A stretch of 59,981 nt of DNA from Hyphomicrobiaceae bacterium (lineage in GTDB: Bacteria; Pseudomonadota; Alphaproteobacteria; Rhizobiales; Hyphomicrobiaceae): assembly GCA_021775715.1 (NCBI GenBank), contig JAJFHI010000122.1, forward strand, positions 1 through 59,981. Reading direction: 5' to 3'. The notes under the pieces were generated by a model, which saw only the letters and a list, made by a program, of their open reading frames with translations, was not told the origin of the DNA and searched no databases. Position numbers and translations under genes: made by a program. Position 1 is the first letter of the stretch. Each line of letters starts with the position of its first letter. Of the stretch, positions 9,293-18,135 are shown piece by piece.

Positions 9293-10468
9293 CTACCTTG
9301 AAATTAGATCAGCAAAGCAGATCGTACGATAACCCTCTCGGTTCAGACGTTCAGCGACGCTGAACTGCGAACGCGGATGCGTCGCAACGACCAACGCATC
9401 ATCAATGTCAGGCGAAACGTCCAATAATTTTCTTACGGGCTTCCCCAGATCACGAGCACCAACAACTTCATCAACGACCAGTTCGGACACCCGTTGCCAG
9501 AATGCTGGTGCATAGCCCCTTATCAGCGCCGCCATTTCACCGGCGCCGAAGATACGCACCGAACCGGTTACGTCTGTGCGCATGTTTAACGAATCCTCCA
9601 AACGGGACCAGGCTTCGAGATATGCTGTCAAAGCTCCCAACCGCTGAAGAGACAACGGATCCGACGCCGTCTTCCGTGCTTCCGGCGCGGATGCTTGTGC
9701 ATTGCTGTCTAGCTTTAGAACGAAATATTGAAAGTCGCCAATCATTGCCGGGCAATCGCCTGCACGCTCAAGCGACAGGCCGGCGCCATCGGCAATTCGC
9801 TGAAACGCCTGCCGCGGAAAAGAGTAGATATGATCCTGAAACAGCAGTTCAAGATTAGGCGGTTCGGACCGTGGGCATATTACAATAACCTGGCCATCGC
9901 CGGCAACCTGTGCAGCCGCAGAACGAAGAAATTCTCTGGCGTCGACAGAGTGTTCAATGACATTGATTGAGAACACCAGATCGAACGGCTCCATGGGTAT
10001 CTTCAGATCCTCAGCAAAGCCGTGCTGGACTTCAATTTGCCGATTACCTATCTGATGCTGCACGAGTTGTTGTGCGGCCTCAAGACCTCTAAACTTACAG
10101 TCGGGCCATTCCTGAGCTAATGCCATCAATGTGTTGCCAGAACCGCATCCGATCTCCAGAACGCTGGTCGGCCTGCCACGGCCCAGCAATTCGATGATGA
10201 ACCGCGCATAGGCGTTGTTTCGAAGGTCTGTTTCGCGATTGTTCGAAAGCCCCAAGTCATAGGCGCCATCGTAGAAGCGTCGGACATCCTCATTGCTCAA
10301 TCTGGTCCGATGGACCACCAGTCCGCATGTCTCACAGGCTGCCTTTTTGATCGGCTGTTGCGAAATCCGGCCATCGCTTAGGACTGACGTCACATGATGC
10401 GGCAACGGCAGATTGGACAGAGTGCCGGCACAGCCAGGGCATTGTTGCTGCCAGTCTTGTACGTTCAT
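9293..10468 (-). CDS. SAM methyltransferase with N-terminal zinc ribbon and C-terminal extension (NDP-sugar C-methyltransferase-like architecture)
   Basis: CPGCAG...CETCGLV forms the zinc ribbon. SAM motif I reads SVLEIGCGSGNTLMAL. A C-terminal domain of about 130 aa follows. The start is moved to M25 (10468). Confidence 0.6.
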   Translation of the reverse strand: MNVQDWQQQCPGCAGTLSNLPLPHHVTSVLSDGRISQQPIKKAACETCGLVVHRTRLSNEDVRRFYDGAYDLGLSNNRETDLRNNAYARFIIELLGRGRPTSVLEIGCGSGNTLMALAQEWPDCKFRGLEAAQQLVQHQIGNRQIEVQHGFAEDLKIPMEPFDLVFSINVIEHSVDAREFLRSAAAQVAGDGQVIVICPRSEPPNLELLFQDHIYSFPRQAFQRIADGAGLSLERAGDCPAMIGDFQYFVLKLDSNAQASAPEARKTASDPLSLQRLGALTAYLEAWSRLEDSLNMRTDVTGSVRIFGAGEMAALIRGYAPAFWQRVSELVVDEVVGARDLGKPVRKLLDVSPDIDDALVVATHPRSQFSVAERLNREGYRTICFADLISR

Positions 10469-10540
10469 CGAAGACCCCAAAATAGAAAAAACACTACGCC
10501 GCCGGTTGACGAACTCGTACCTGCTTGACGATCTCGCCAA

Positions 10541-10715
10541 TTACATAGCGGCTCACTTTGCCGCCCATTTGCTCGTGAATTTTACGGATGCTCAGATCAT
10601 AATTGAGGATTGGCGGCATCACAACAATCCCAAACGCCCGCATTCATCGCTCAACTACCGGCCACCGGCACCAGAAGTTATCATCCCGTTGCAACGAGAG
10701 GCCTCAATGAACTAA
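10541..10715 (+). pseudogene. IS3-family (rve) transposase, C-terminal fragment
   Basis: ...FTDAQIIIEDWRHHNNPKRPHSSLNYRPPAPEV... is the conserved C-terminal tail of DDE/rve transposases (E.WR..YN..RPHSSLGY..PA). It sits on the opposite strand inside the minus-strand operon. Confidence 0.65.
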
Positions 10716-11006
10716 CATTCAAACCGGACCAGCCGAAGGGGGCAAGTCAGGATGCGGATCACAAGAATCGCGGTAGCCTGGACCAACCACAGAGGATGAA
10801 TTTGGAAAGCAACCTCGAACATCCCCTGTAGGGAGACGAAATGATAGAGCACATAGAACAGTGTCAGACTGGTTGCCACACGCATACCCCAGGCGGCTGG
10901 CTTCAGAAGCTGGTTCAGAATCTTGAGCTTCTCAGTGTATCGCTCGTCTGGCCGACAATTCCAGCGCTGGCACGAGTGGACAGCAATACGCCACGCGGTT
11001 CTGGCG

Positions 11007-11921
11007 TCATAATTTGAACTCTCCAACACCGAAACCCGTCTTTCCGTAGCCATTGCCATTATAGAACATGAGGGTAGACCCGCCGGCGTTCACGACGGCA
11101 GGATAGCATTGGGCGTCCGAGTCCCAGCTTTCAGCGGAAGGACCGAGGAGATCGGATGATTCCCGCCGCCAAGCTCCGTCATTGCCGGTGCGAAGCGAAC
11201 AACCGATCCTATAGCTCGCACGACGAATAGAATAAAGCAGTATCGGCCGGTCACCATGTCGCCAAAGCCATGGCCGGGATAGTCCATATTCGCCTTCTTC
11301 TAGACCAATGAAGTTGCCCCCCTTCGGATGCCAATCGATGCCGTCGGCTGAGTGCGCTTCGGTCAGCACATGGTGCATGTTCTTCTCATTGACGCCTCCG
11401 GCCCGACTGGTCCCGTAGATCATGTTCCAATCGCTCGAAGAGGAGGCATCGGGCGGTGTGACGTAGGGGTAGCTGAGGGTGTAATGGTCGAACTGACTGC
11501 GGTCCAGCAACGGTCCGTTGGAGACCCGCTCAAAATGCGCGCCTGTTCCGTCCCGCGAAATCGCAAGCCCTATGGCATTGCGGAATGGCACATCTGCGGA
11601 CTTGTTCCAGCCCATGTAGTACATCCATAACTCGCCGCCAATCCGGTGGACCGATCCGATGGAAATGCCGCGATCGTCAAATGTCCCGATCTCGCCGGGC
11701 TCCAGGCAGGGCCGTTCGGAAAAACCGACGACACGGCGTGGCTCATGTGGATTGAGGTCGACATAGCCGACGCTGCCGCGGTTGTTTTCATCGCGGGCAA
11801 CTATGAAAACGCGCAATTGATCCGGCTCAAGCAGGATCGGCGCGGGATAGGCTGCGTGGCTCACCATCCAGGAGGGGCCGTCCTCGGCGGAAAAAACATG
11901 GCCGAGACGATGCGCTCTCAT
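11007..11921 (-). CDS. hypothetical protein, possible five-bladed beta-propeller (GH43/GH130-like fold)
   Basis: 304 aa, soluble, with recurring D/W/Y-rich strands (LWMYYMGWN, AIGLAISRDG, WNMIYGTS, ILLYSIR, LMFYNGNGYG). The fold is assigned by pattern only. Confidence 0.35.
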   Translation of the reverse strand: MRAHRLGHVFSAEDGPSWMVSHAAYPAPILLEPDQLRVFIVARDENNRGSVGYVDLNPHEPRRVVGFSERPCLEPGEIGTFDDRGISIGSVHRIGGELWMYYMGWNKSADVPFRNAIGLAISRDGTGAHFERVSNGPLLDRSQFDHYTLSYPYVTPPDASSSSDWNMIYGTSRAGGVNEKNMHHVLTEAHSADGIDWHPKGGNFIGLEEGEYGLSRPWLWRHGDRPILLYSIRRASYRIGCSLRTGNDGAWRRESSDLLGPSAESWDSDAQCYPAVVNAGGSTLMFYNGNGYGKTGFGVGEFKL

Positions 11922-11924
11922 AGA

Positions 11925-12602
11925 CTAAAACCCCTTAAGGCGGGAACTCGGCACTTTTGCAAGCTTACCAGCTTCAGCCGAAACCACGCCCTCGTCGGGA
12001 ATGTCCTTGGTAAGGATTGCTCCGGAACCTATGACGCACCGCTCCCCGATGGAGATGTGATCGTTAGTTGTCGAGTTCACACCCATGAAGCTGCGTGCGC
12101 CAATCTTGACGCCACCGGATATGACGACATGCGAGCTTATGAAAGCAAAGTCGCCGATCGTGGCATGATGGCCAATATGATTGCCGCTCCACAGCGTGAC
12201 GCCGTTTCCGATGCGGACGAACGGCTGGATTGTGTTGTCCTCGAGAATGAAGGCGTTCCAACCGTGATTTAGGTCAGAGAAGACCGTTGCGCGGGAAGAG
12301 ACGTAACTTGTCAGCCGATAGCCCATCTCCATCATGGCTTCGCACTTTTCCTGGCGCAGTGCGTTGACGCGTGAATAACCGACAGCGATGAAGCCGTCGT
12401 GCGATTCACTTGGGAAGGCCGCTGCAATCTCCTCCATCGCAAGCAGTGGCCGGCCACAGAAACAGTCGCCGGTTAAGTTGGCGCCATCCACTGCAAACGC
12501 GGCTACGCTCCGCTCGGTGTCGTGCGTAAAATAGAATGCTGCTATTTCTGCCAGCTCTCCGGAGCCGAATATTATGATCTGTTTGCTGTTTTCGCCTGTC
12601 AT
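11925..12602 (-). CDS. NeuD/PglD-family sugar N/O-acyltransferase (left-handed beta-helix)
   Basis: An N-terminal Rossmann-like IIIFGSGELAEIAAFYF is followed by hexapeptide repeats (IGNGVTLWSGNHIGHHATIGDFAFISSHVVISGGVKIGARSFMGVNS). Confidence 0.75.
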   Translation of the reverse strand: MTGENSKQIIIFGSGELAEIAAFYFTHDTERSVAAFAVDGANLTGDCFCGRPLLAMEEIAAAFPSESHDGFIAVGYSRVNALRQEKCEAMMEMGYRLTSYVSSRATVFSDLNHGWNAFILEDNTIQPFVRIGNGVTLWSGNHIGHHATIGDFAFISSHVVISGGVKIGARSFMGVNSTTNDHISIGERCVIGSGAILTKDIPDEGVVSAEAGKLAKVPSSRLKGF

Positions 12603-12630
12603 GTGTGTTCTCTCGCCCGCATTGATAGTG

Positions 12631-13272
12631 TCAAACTTTCGGTTCTCTATAGGCGTAGACGGTGCTCTCGTAGAGTCCGTAGTCGTTTCGGACGGTGAAA
12701 TGGCGCGACATGACGCGCATGACTAATCCGACCAACTCATCGAAGGAGGGATGGAAGAGCTGCTCGCTTTTCCAGTCCACGCAATCAGACATCACGTTGA
12801 AGGCCAAGCCAACGCGGGCATGGGCTGCCACGCGAGTCAAAAGCTTCTCCGCATAGTCCAGCATCTCGTCATGGCTCAGGGTTTCGCGCCTCGTAAAGAT
12901 GCCATTCATAATCACGTAGTCGAAGGAGGGGATGCTTGCATCGGCGGTCTCATCAAGAAGGTCGGCACAATGAATGGTGACGTCGGGAAAGCCCCGGCGC
13001 GCTGCTTCGACGAATTCAGGAGAGATATCTAGACCTTCGTAGCGGATGTGGGTGAGGCCCTCGCGATCAATATGCTCCTTCATGTCTGCCAGACCGCAGC
13101 CGAAATCCAGCAAGGTCACCAGATTGGCCGTTTGTGGCAGGAGACCAAGCATGACTCGGTAACGGCGTGCTGCACTTTCCGGCGAATTCCAGTCGACCGC
13201 GTTAGCGCCTGTGCCATGTTCGGCAAGGCAGTGCTCGTAGTGCCGCACAATGTCCATATACCCTGCGGTCAT
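12631..13272 (-). CDS. class I SAM-dependent methyltransferase
   Basis: SAM motif I reads LVTLLDFGCGLADM, with downstream YEGLDISPEF and DYVIMNGIF. It overlaps the upstream GT2 gene by 4 nt. Confidence 0.7.
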   Translation of the reverse strand: MTAGYMDIVRHYEHCLAEHGTGANAVDWNSPESAARRYRVMLGLLPQTANLVTLLDFGCGLADMKEHIDREGLTHIRYEGLDISPEFVEAARRGFPDVTIHCADLLDETADASIPSFDYVIMNGIFTRRETLSHDEMLDYAEKLLTRVAAHARVGLAFNVMSDCVDWKSEQLFHPSFDELVGLVMRVMSRHFTVRNDYGLYESTVYAYREPKV

Positions 13273-14267
13273 GAGGACGCCTCAACGTCACTACGAGCCA
13301 GATTCTCGGCTGCTGCTGGCGGCTTGTCGGGTCCGTCTCCGTCATGGATCTGAGGTCTATAGACCTCACGGATCGTGGCCATGGGGCGCTGCTTCACTTC
13401 CACGAAGATCTTGGCGATGTAGATCGCCATGACGCCGTTGAAGAAGAGGATGAGGCCACCCATCAATAGCTGGGTTGCGATCAGCGATGTCCACCCCGTA
13501 GCACCGGTGTCAAAAAAGAGCTTTTGACAGATCACATAGACAAAGAAAATGAACGCAACAAAGCAGAGCGCGATGCCTGCCACGGAGATCGTCTGAAGGG
13601 GCCGCGTGGAAAAGGCGGTGACAGCATTGATGAAGATGCTGGCCAGCCTACCAATTGAATAAGTGGTCGGACTCGTATCCATTTTGTTCACGGGCGAGGG
13701 TAGCTGGACGAAACCAACCATGTGCCAGACGCCGGCGAGGAAGAGTTCGCGCTCGCCATACTCCAGCATCGCATCGAGATAACGCCGAGAGAGAAGGCGC
13801 GCAGTAATGACGTTTTCAGGGAAGTGCGCGTCCGAGAGAAAGTTCAAAACCTTATAGAACACGAACCGCCAGAAACGATAAATCGGCCCGCGCTTGCGAG
13901 CGCTCTGGACGCCATATACGACATCGCAATCCCGGCCTTGCATCATTTCATAAAACAGTGCGATCCACTCGGGTTCTTCTTCCAAGTCGCTGTCGCAAAT
14001 AAAAATGTAATCGCCTGTCGCAGCCTTCAGACCGGTCATCAAAGCACGATGCTGACCAAAGTTTCTCGATAGGTCAATTACCTTGACCTTCGGATCCTGG
14101 TCTGCCAGCCGTTTTGCCACGGCGAGCGATCCGTCCGGCGAGCCGTCATTCACCAACACGATCTCATAATCGTCGGTGATTTTGGTGATGGTGGCAACCG
14201 TGCGGGTGTAGAGCTCCTCGATGTGGGGCTCGCTGCGATAAAGCGGCGTAACGAGTGAAATCCGCAT
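13269..14267 (-). CDS. GT2 polyprenyl-phosphate glycosyltransferase (ArnC/GtrB/DPM1-like)
   Basis: ISLVTPLYRSEPHIEELY...VLVNDGSPDGS...IDLSRNFGQHRALMTGL...FICDSDLEE, plus two C-terminal TM helices (IALCFVAFIFFVYVI, LMGGLILFFNGVMAIYIA). The start is moved to M11 (14267). Confidence 0.75.
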   Translation of the reverse strand: MRISLVTPLYRSEPHIEELYTRTVATITKITDDYEIVLVNDGSPDGSLAVAKRLADQDPKVKVIDLSRNFGQHRALMTGLKAATGDYIFICDSDLEEEPEWIALFYEMMQGRDCDVVYGVQSARKRGPIYRFWRFVFYKVLNFLSDAHFPENVITARLLSRRYLDAMLEYGERELFLAGVWHMVGFVQLPSPVNKMDTSPTTYSIGRLASIFINAVTAFSTRPLQTISVAGIALCFVAFIFFVYVICQKLFFDTGATGWTSLIATQLLMGGLILFFNGVMAIYIAKIFVEVKQRPMATIREVYRPQIHDGDGPDKPPAAAENLARSDVEASS

Positions 14268-14482
14268 AGCTGCAATCCTTGGTATTGCAGGCAGCACCCT
14301 GCAGGTCGCACTGTTCTGGTTTAAGGGGCGTAGGCAACGCTGGAATAATCACGTCGCTCATACACGTTCGTCCAGACGCAAACAAGGGAGGTCGGAAATA
14401 AGCCTGAACATCGAAGAAATCGGACAAGGCTAGCCGAGGTGATATGCGCGGCTCCAGGCCCTTTGGTCAGGATTCTGGGTGT

Positions 14483-15217
14483 TTATGGAACTGGGGTCTC
14501 GAACATCGCACTGCGATCGCTGCTGGTCTTTAGATAATCGCGGGCATCGGGCCCGACTGCCATGAGCAAATCGATGATACTCACTCCGTGTTCGAAGGGG
14601 TGACAGTCCTGGTCATATGTCGGGTAGCCGGAATAATTGGCGTAGCGAAGCTCAATGCCAGCGGCCTTGAAATCGGCCGAATCAATGTAGGATTTTGCAG
14701 CAGGTCCCGAAAGATAAGTTGTTGCATTCAGTGCCTTGCAAATCTCGATGAGGCGATCGGTAGGCGTTACGGCTGTGCGCGGAACGATGTCCGAATTCAC
14801 GAGCGGGGTCGTGATCTCAAGGCGTTCACAAAGTGCTTCAAGTAAGTGCCGATTGACCGCAGAGAGCTGATCCACTCCGGCGACGCGATCATAGGCATCA
14901 CGAAGCATGTCGCGACAATCCGCAAAGAACGGTGCTTGGGCATAGGCGTGCTGGATCGTCGACCAGTGTTTTGAAGCCCAACGCTTGTCGGAGATACGAA
15001 TTTCGCAGATCGGGGCCTCATAACGCCCCTTGCTCTCAACCGGGAGGGTGAGCCATGTCAGCTCTCCTCGGGCGACAATACGATTGCGATTTCGCCAGTC
15101 GCGCCGCGTGAATTGAACCTCATCGTAGATCACAAATTCATCGGCCGAATTCAAGAGATCAAAATATCCCTTCCACGGAACATAGTTCGACTGCAGGATA
15201 ACAAGCGTTTTTGCCAT
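14483..15217 (-). CDS. WbqC-family protein
   Basis: MAKTLVILQSNYVPWKGYFDLLNSADEFVIYDEVQF is the WbqC-type N-terminus. The start at 15217 lies 1 nt after the stop of the upstream aminotransferase. The longer ORF to 15397 overlaps that gene. Confidence 0.65.
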   Translation of the reverse strand: MAKTLVILQSNYVPWKGYFDLLNSADEFVIYDEVQFTRRDWRNRNRIVARGELTWLTLPVESKGRYEAPICEIRISDKRWASKHWSTIQHAYAQAPFFADCRDMLRDAYDRVAGVDQLSAVNRHLLEALCERLEITTPLVNSDIVPRTAVTPTDRLIEICKALNATTYLSGPAAKSYIDSADFKAAGIELRYANYSGYPTYDQDCHPFEHGVSIIDLLMAVGPDARDYLKTSSDRSAMFETPVP

Positions 15218-15218
15218 T

Positions 15219-16391
15219 TCAGATCGGGCCACCTTTATCGGCTGACGAGCTCTCTCCGATGACATTCCGCAAAGTGTCGATGACGTAATTCTGCTGATCT
15301 TTCGGCAGCCCAGGATAGAATGGCAAGCTGAGAGTCTCTCGACCCCATTGAAGTGCGAAGGGACAACGTTCCACCGTTTCTGGATGGTGCTTTGCATAAT
15401 AGTGTAATTCAGGCAGTGCCCGGTAATTGACCGTGACAGAAATGCCGGCTGCGTTCAGGCTGGCGATGACCTCGTCACGCCGCCCGCCTGCCACGCCTAC
15501 GGTGTAGAGGTGCCAGGCGCTTCTTCCACCGGAGACCGGCATGGGTCGCCTCAGTGGCGTATCATCAAGCCCTTCGTCGTAGCGCCGAGCCAACTCCTCG
15601 CGCTCCTCCAGCCGGGTATCGATCGTCTCGATCTGGCGGGGCAAGAGTGCGGCCAGCAGGTCAGGCAGGTTCGCCTTGAGGCCCAAACGCATCATATCCC
15701 AGTGGTTATAGGTTCCACCCTTGAAGCGATCGGCGGCAATGGCCGACATGCCGTGGGTGCGGGTTTCGCGCGTGATTTCGTAAAGGCCGCCTGAGGAGAA
15801 GATGATGGCGCCCCCTTCCCCACAAGTAACGTTCTTGGTTGCGTAGAACGAGAAGACGGCGGCATCAGAAAAGCGACCCGGCCTGTAGCCATTTAAACGG
15901 CCCTCGAAACAGTGGGCGCAATCCTCGACGATTGCGATATGGTGGCCAGTCGGCGCGACCTTGTCGACCGCAGCACGGAGCTTCTCGATATCGACCATCT
16001 GGCCGTAGAGATGGACCGGCATGACGGCCTTCGTGCGCGGTGTAATGGCGGCGGAGACGGCAGCGGGTGTGACGAGAAGCGTCTCTGGATCGACATCCAC
16101 AAGCACGGCCTTGGCGCCGACAAGCTCCGCAACATTTGCACTGGCGACAAATGTCATCGCTGGAACGATAACCTCGTCGCCAGGACCGATGCCAAGGGCC
16201 AGAAGAAGTGCAGTTGCGCCATTGGTCCAGCTGTTGGTCAACAGAGTGTGCGGAACGTCGAAATAGGAGCAAAGCCGCTCTTCCACCGAGCGGCTCACAG
16301 CGCCTGTTGTTAGAAAGGGTGTCGCGAGTACGCTGGCGACCGAGTCCGCATCCTCAGCGCTCAAAGTATGACGGTAGAAGTCTACGTTCAT
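15219..16391 (-). CDS. DegT/DnrJ/EryC1/StrS-family PLP-dependent sugar aminotransferase
   Basis: GPGDEVIVPAMTFVASAN, IVEDCAHCFEG, and the PLP-lysine context FSFYATKNVTCGEGG. Confidence 0.8.
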   Translation of the reverse strand: MNVDFYRHTLSAEDADSVASVLATPFLTTGAVSRSVEERLCSYFDVPHTLLTNSWTNGATALLLALGIGPGDEVIVPAMTFVASANVAELVGAKAVLVDVDPETLLVTPAAVSAAITPRTKAVMPVHLYGQMVDIEKLRAAVDKVAPTGHHIAIVEDCAHCFEGRLNGYRPGRFSDAAVFSFYATKNVTCGEGGAIIFSSGGLYEITRETRTHGMSAIAADRFKGGTYNHWDMMRLGLKANLPDLLAALLPRQIETIDTRLEEREELARRYDEGLDDTPLRRPMPVSGGRSAWHLYTVGVAGGRRDEVIASLNAAGISVTVNYRALPELHYYAKHHPETVERCPFALQWGRETLSLPFYPGLPKDQQNYVIDTLRNVIGESSSADKGGPI

Positions 16392-16483
16392 AACCTAGTG
16401 TCCCGTTCCGAAGTCCGCCAGAATTCGAATTCCTGCCGCCTGGGTAACTATTGTGCGATCGCATGTTTCGCGTGCATGCTTGT

Positions 16484-17428
16484 TTAGATAAAGCGCCGAT
16501 AATCGAACGTATCTACGATCTCGGGCAACTCGTCGAAGAACCGGCGTTTCGGTTCCCATCCAAGGGCTCTCAGCCGGCTGTCGTCGAGGCTATAACGAAC
16601 GTCCTGTCCGGATCGGTCACCGATTGGATGCCAGGCCTTTTCCTCAGGCACATCAAGATGCTTTGCGATCGCGCGCAGCACTTCAATATTGCGAAGTTCG
16701 ATATTGCTGCCGACGTTGTATATTTGGTTGGGCGCGCCCTTCTCTATCACCGTCAGTACGGCATCCACGGTGTCGTCGACATGAAGCCATGAGCGAATGT
16801 AACTGCCATCACCATGCATGATGGCCGGCAGGCCACGACGCATACGCCACGCTGACTTCGGGATGAGCTTTTCGGGGTACTGATGGCATCCATAATTGTT
16901 GGTCGGGCGCACAATTCTCCACGGCACGTCATAGGTTCGCCCCCAGCTCTTGACTAGCATGTCGGCAGACGCCTTTGTTGCCGAATAGGGATTGGAAGGT
17001 ATTAGCTTGTCGTTTTCGGAATGTTGTCCGGCCGTTATGTCTCCATAAACTTCGTCAGTCGAAATTTGGACGAAGAGCGGGCGCTCGGCTTCTTGCTTAG
17101 AGCGGACGAGCTCCAACAGATTCTGAACTCCAAGAAAATTCGTCTCGCAGAATTTGCGGTTTGAGGTGATCGCATTGTCGACGTGGCTTTCCGCTGCAAA
17201 GTTTACCAAGGCGTCGCATTCCGGCAAAAAGTTCAATGTCGCAATGTCTGTTTGGAAATGGATGTAGTTTTCGTGCGCGTCGAACTCTGCCTTGATCCTA
17301 AGGTCTGCGGCATAACTAACGTTATCGTAGTTTTTTACGAAGCATCCTAGCTCGAGGCAACGCCGAACGAAGTGCTTGCCGATAAAGCCCAAGCCACCTG
17401 TGACGATGATGATGTTGTACTTGTCCAT
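16484..17428 (-). CDS. NDP-hexose 4,6-dehydratase (RfbB-like short-chain dehydrogenase)
   Basis: VTGGLGFIGKHF, NFAAESHVDNAI, ISTDEVYG, the YxxxK motif in PYSATKASADMLV, and RPTNNYGCHQYPEKLIP. Confidence 0.8.
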   Translation of the reverse strand: MDKYNIIIVTGGLGFIGKHFVRRCLELGCFVKNYDNVSYAADLRIKAEFDAHENYIHFQTDIATLNFLPECDALVNFAAESHVDNAITSNRKFCETNFLGVQNLLELVRSKQEAERPLFVQISTDEVYGDITAGQHSENDKLIPSNPYSATKASADMLVKSWGRTYDVPWRIVRPTNNYGCHQYPEKLIPKSAWRMRRGLPAIMHGDGSYIRSWLHVDDTVDAVLTVIEKGAPNQIYNVGSNIELRNIEVLRAIAKHLDVPEEKAWHPIGDRSGQDVRYSLDDSRLRALGWEPKRRFFDELPEIVDTFDYRRFI

Positions 17429-17517
17429 GTCGCTCCTCGATTACGTGGGGCTGCCGGCAAGCAGGCTGACCTGCGAGGGCTTCGGAGGGTGCTGTCACCG
17501 CAAATCTCGCGGCGCAA

Positions 17518-18135
17518 TCAGTTCATTGCGATCGTTACACAATGCGTGAAGGGTACGCGCAACAGATCGTGGTACACGACGCTTTCAACCTCAGAAAACT
17601 GAGTTGCCAAAAGTTCGCGGTAAACTTCCGGTGCCCGGACGCTTTGACCGGAATCAGCTTCGGCCATTTTTCGTGCGATCCAATGCTGACCATTTACGAA
17701 TCCAGGATCGACCGCGATAAGCCTTCCTCCCGGTGCCAGAAGATTGTGAGCTAAAACAGCGAGTTCGCGCACACGGTCATCGCCTAAATGATGCAGCAGG
17801 CCCAGGCAGAGGATGCGGTCATATCCCGTCTCGGTGAACTGTGCTGCATCGGCAAAGTCGCCGCAGTGGAATCGGCCCTTGGCGCCGTGGGCATTACGGG
17901 CTGCTAAAATATGGTCCTCATTTCGGTCGATGCCGACATAGTCCACCCGCCCCAGATACGGCAGCACGTCGCCATGTCCGCAGCCGAGATCGAGAACCGA
18001 TAGTCCAGGCGAGAGAGAGAACGTTTCGTGAGCCAACCGCTTTCGCGCGCGAACCGAACCCAAGGCTTTCTGGTAGAATTCGTAGACAGCAGAAATCTGC
18101 GTCAGCCGATAGATGCCCTGCGTGATTTCAGTCAA
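17518..18135 (-). CDS. class I SAM-dependent methyltransferase
   Basis: SAM motif I reads LSVLDLGCGHGDVLPYL, with VGIDRNED and ILCLGLLHHL. It overlaps the upstream methyltransferase gene by 4 nt. Confidence 0.7.
   Translation of the reverse strand: MTEITQGIYRLTQISAVYEFYQKALGSVRARKRLAHETFSLSPGLSVLDLGCGHGDVLPYLGRVDYVGIDRNEDHILAARNAHGAKGRFHCGDFADAAQFTETGYDRILCLGLLHHLGDDRVRELAVLAHNLLAPGGRLIAVDPGFVNGQHWIARKMAEADSGQSVRAPEVYRELLATQFSEVESVVYHDLLRVPFTHCVTIAMN

Noticed and set aside
10712-11059. A 115-aa minus-strand ORF following the beta-propeller gene.
   Set aside because: It overlaps the beta-propeller gene by 53 nt in another frame. It has no recognisable motif or RBS, and it lies in the IS-scarred gap. 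It is probably non-coding.
14270-14290. A perfect 7-bp hairpin (ctgcaat-ccttggt-attgcag) directly upstream of the GT2 start, with the AAGGA RBS in its loop. It could be a translational control element.
   Set aside because: The stem is short and there is no evidence of conservation. The RBS lies in the loop, so it is not clearly sequestered. This is not enough to call a regulatory feature.
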